A DNA stretch of 64,000 nucleotides from Terriglobia bacterium (lineage in GTDB: Bacteria; Acidobacteriota; Terriglobia; UBA7540; JAPUME01). How positions within the stretch are numbered: position 1 is the stretch's first letter; every line of letters starts with the position of its first letter. Positions 63,277 through 64,000 of this stretch are shown one piece after another. The notes beneath the pieces are model-generated. The model did not search any database, was not told the origin of the DNA, and was given only the letters and a program-made list of their open reading frames with translations. The stretch lies in NCBI GenBank assembly GCA_965222885.1, contig OZ244973.1, positions 1,841,940 to 1,905,939 on the forward strand, given 5' to 3'. A program made the position numbers and the translations under genes.

Positions 63277-64000
63277 CACGCTTTCCCCTCCAGCATGGCC
63301 CACTCGCGGCCCATACCCTGTTTTCGAGCTTGCTTTTCAACATATCCCGCTACGGCCACGTCCCAAATGGCAATCCCGTTGGATTTGAACAACGTCACCG
63401 AGTCGGGAGATCTTCTTCCCGGATGCTTGCCGCTTACCACCTGATGCAGGTCTATGATGCCGTCCCAGGTCCGGTGAGCTTCGGCAAGTCCGAGAATCAG
63501 ATCTCCCGACTCTTTGCGGGACTGCTCGAGAGAATCGACGGCAATCAACTCCACCCGTTCCAAAACGTTTCCGTCCAGCTCCCGCCGGTTCGCCATGTTG
63601 GCGCCGATGGCATTGAGGTGGGTGCCGGGACGGAGCCACTCTCCTTTCAGGATCGGCTCGGCGGACGTGGTGGCGGTGATAATAATGTCGGCGTCCCGGA
63701 CGGCGGCCGCGGCGGACGAAACCTTGCGCACTTCCAGATTCAGTTTTGTGGACATTTCGCGGGCAAATTCACTGCGGCGCTCTTCGCTGCGGCTGTAGGC
63801 CGCTGCGGAGGTTACGTCGCGGACCGCGGTGACGGCTTCCAATTGGGTCCGCGCCTGCCGTCCGGTGCCCAACACGGCTACCCGCGAGGCGTCACTGCGT
63901 GCCAGATGTTTCGTTGCCACGCCGCTGGCCGCTCCTGTGCGAATACGTCCCAACTGATCGGCTTCTATCAATGTCCGCAGCGCGCCCGTTCGCGCGTCGT
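63276..64000 (-). CDS. Ornithine cyclodeaminase/mu-crystallin family protein (5' end outside window)
   Basis: RTGAASG, GTGRQA, FKSNGIAIWD; frame open to the window edge. Confidence 0.9.
   Translation of the reverse strand, partial: DARTGALRTLIEADQLGRIRTGAASGVATKHLARSDASRVAVLGTGRQARTQLEAVTAVRDVTSAAAYSRSEERRSEFAREMSTKLNLEVRKVSSAAAAVRDADIIITATTSAEPILKGEWLRPGTHLNAIGANMANRRELDGNVLERVELIAVDSLEQSRKESGDLILGLAEAHRTWDGIIDLHQVVSGKHPGRRSPDSVTLFKSNGIAIWDVAVAGYVEKQARKQGMGREWAMLEGKA

Overview
High-GC bacterial chromosomal window. An Acidobacteriota origin is my inference from the rnc-lepB order, the DUF1549/DUF1553-DUF1501 genes and the repeat types; it is not verified. 1-8.6 kb is a decaying defence island: a type I-like restriction-modification locus with a frameshifted hsdR and a fused hsdM-S gene interrupted by a complete IS3 element (4-bp TSD). 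It also carries a GxxExxY nuclease-family gene bracketed by periodic inverted repeats, a low-GC two-gene module (small protein plus SDH/ClpP-fold serine protease) bounded by a relic of the hsdS tail, and a PIN-toxin relic. 9-38.6 kb is mostly housekeeping: yjgN-M48 peptidase, lpxD, archease-rtcB, rnc-lepB, uvrB, groESL with CIRCE, ftsY, higBA, yacG-pgpA-cinA-thpR. 38.6-40.2 kb holds relics (two convergent DUF1640 genes, an IS481 end, REP-like palindromes). 40.2-47.2 kb is a DUF1553-DUF1501 pair split by a subtilase gene flanked by a duplicated gene junction. 47.4-58.4 kb is a dcw cluster that ends at ftsW, followed by assorted enzymes. No rRNA, tRNA or CRISPR array was seen. Several single-base frameshifts could be real decay or sequencing error.
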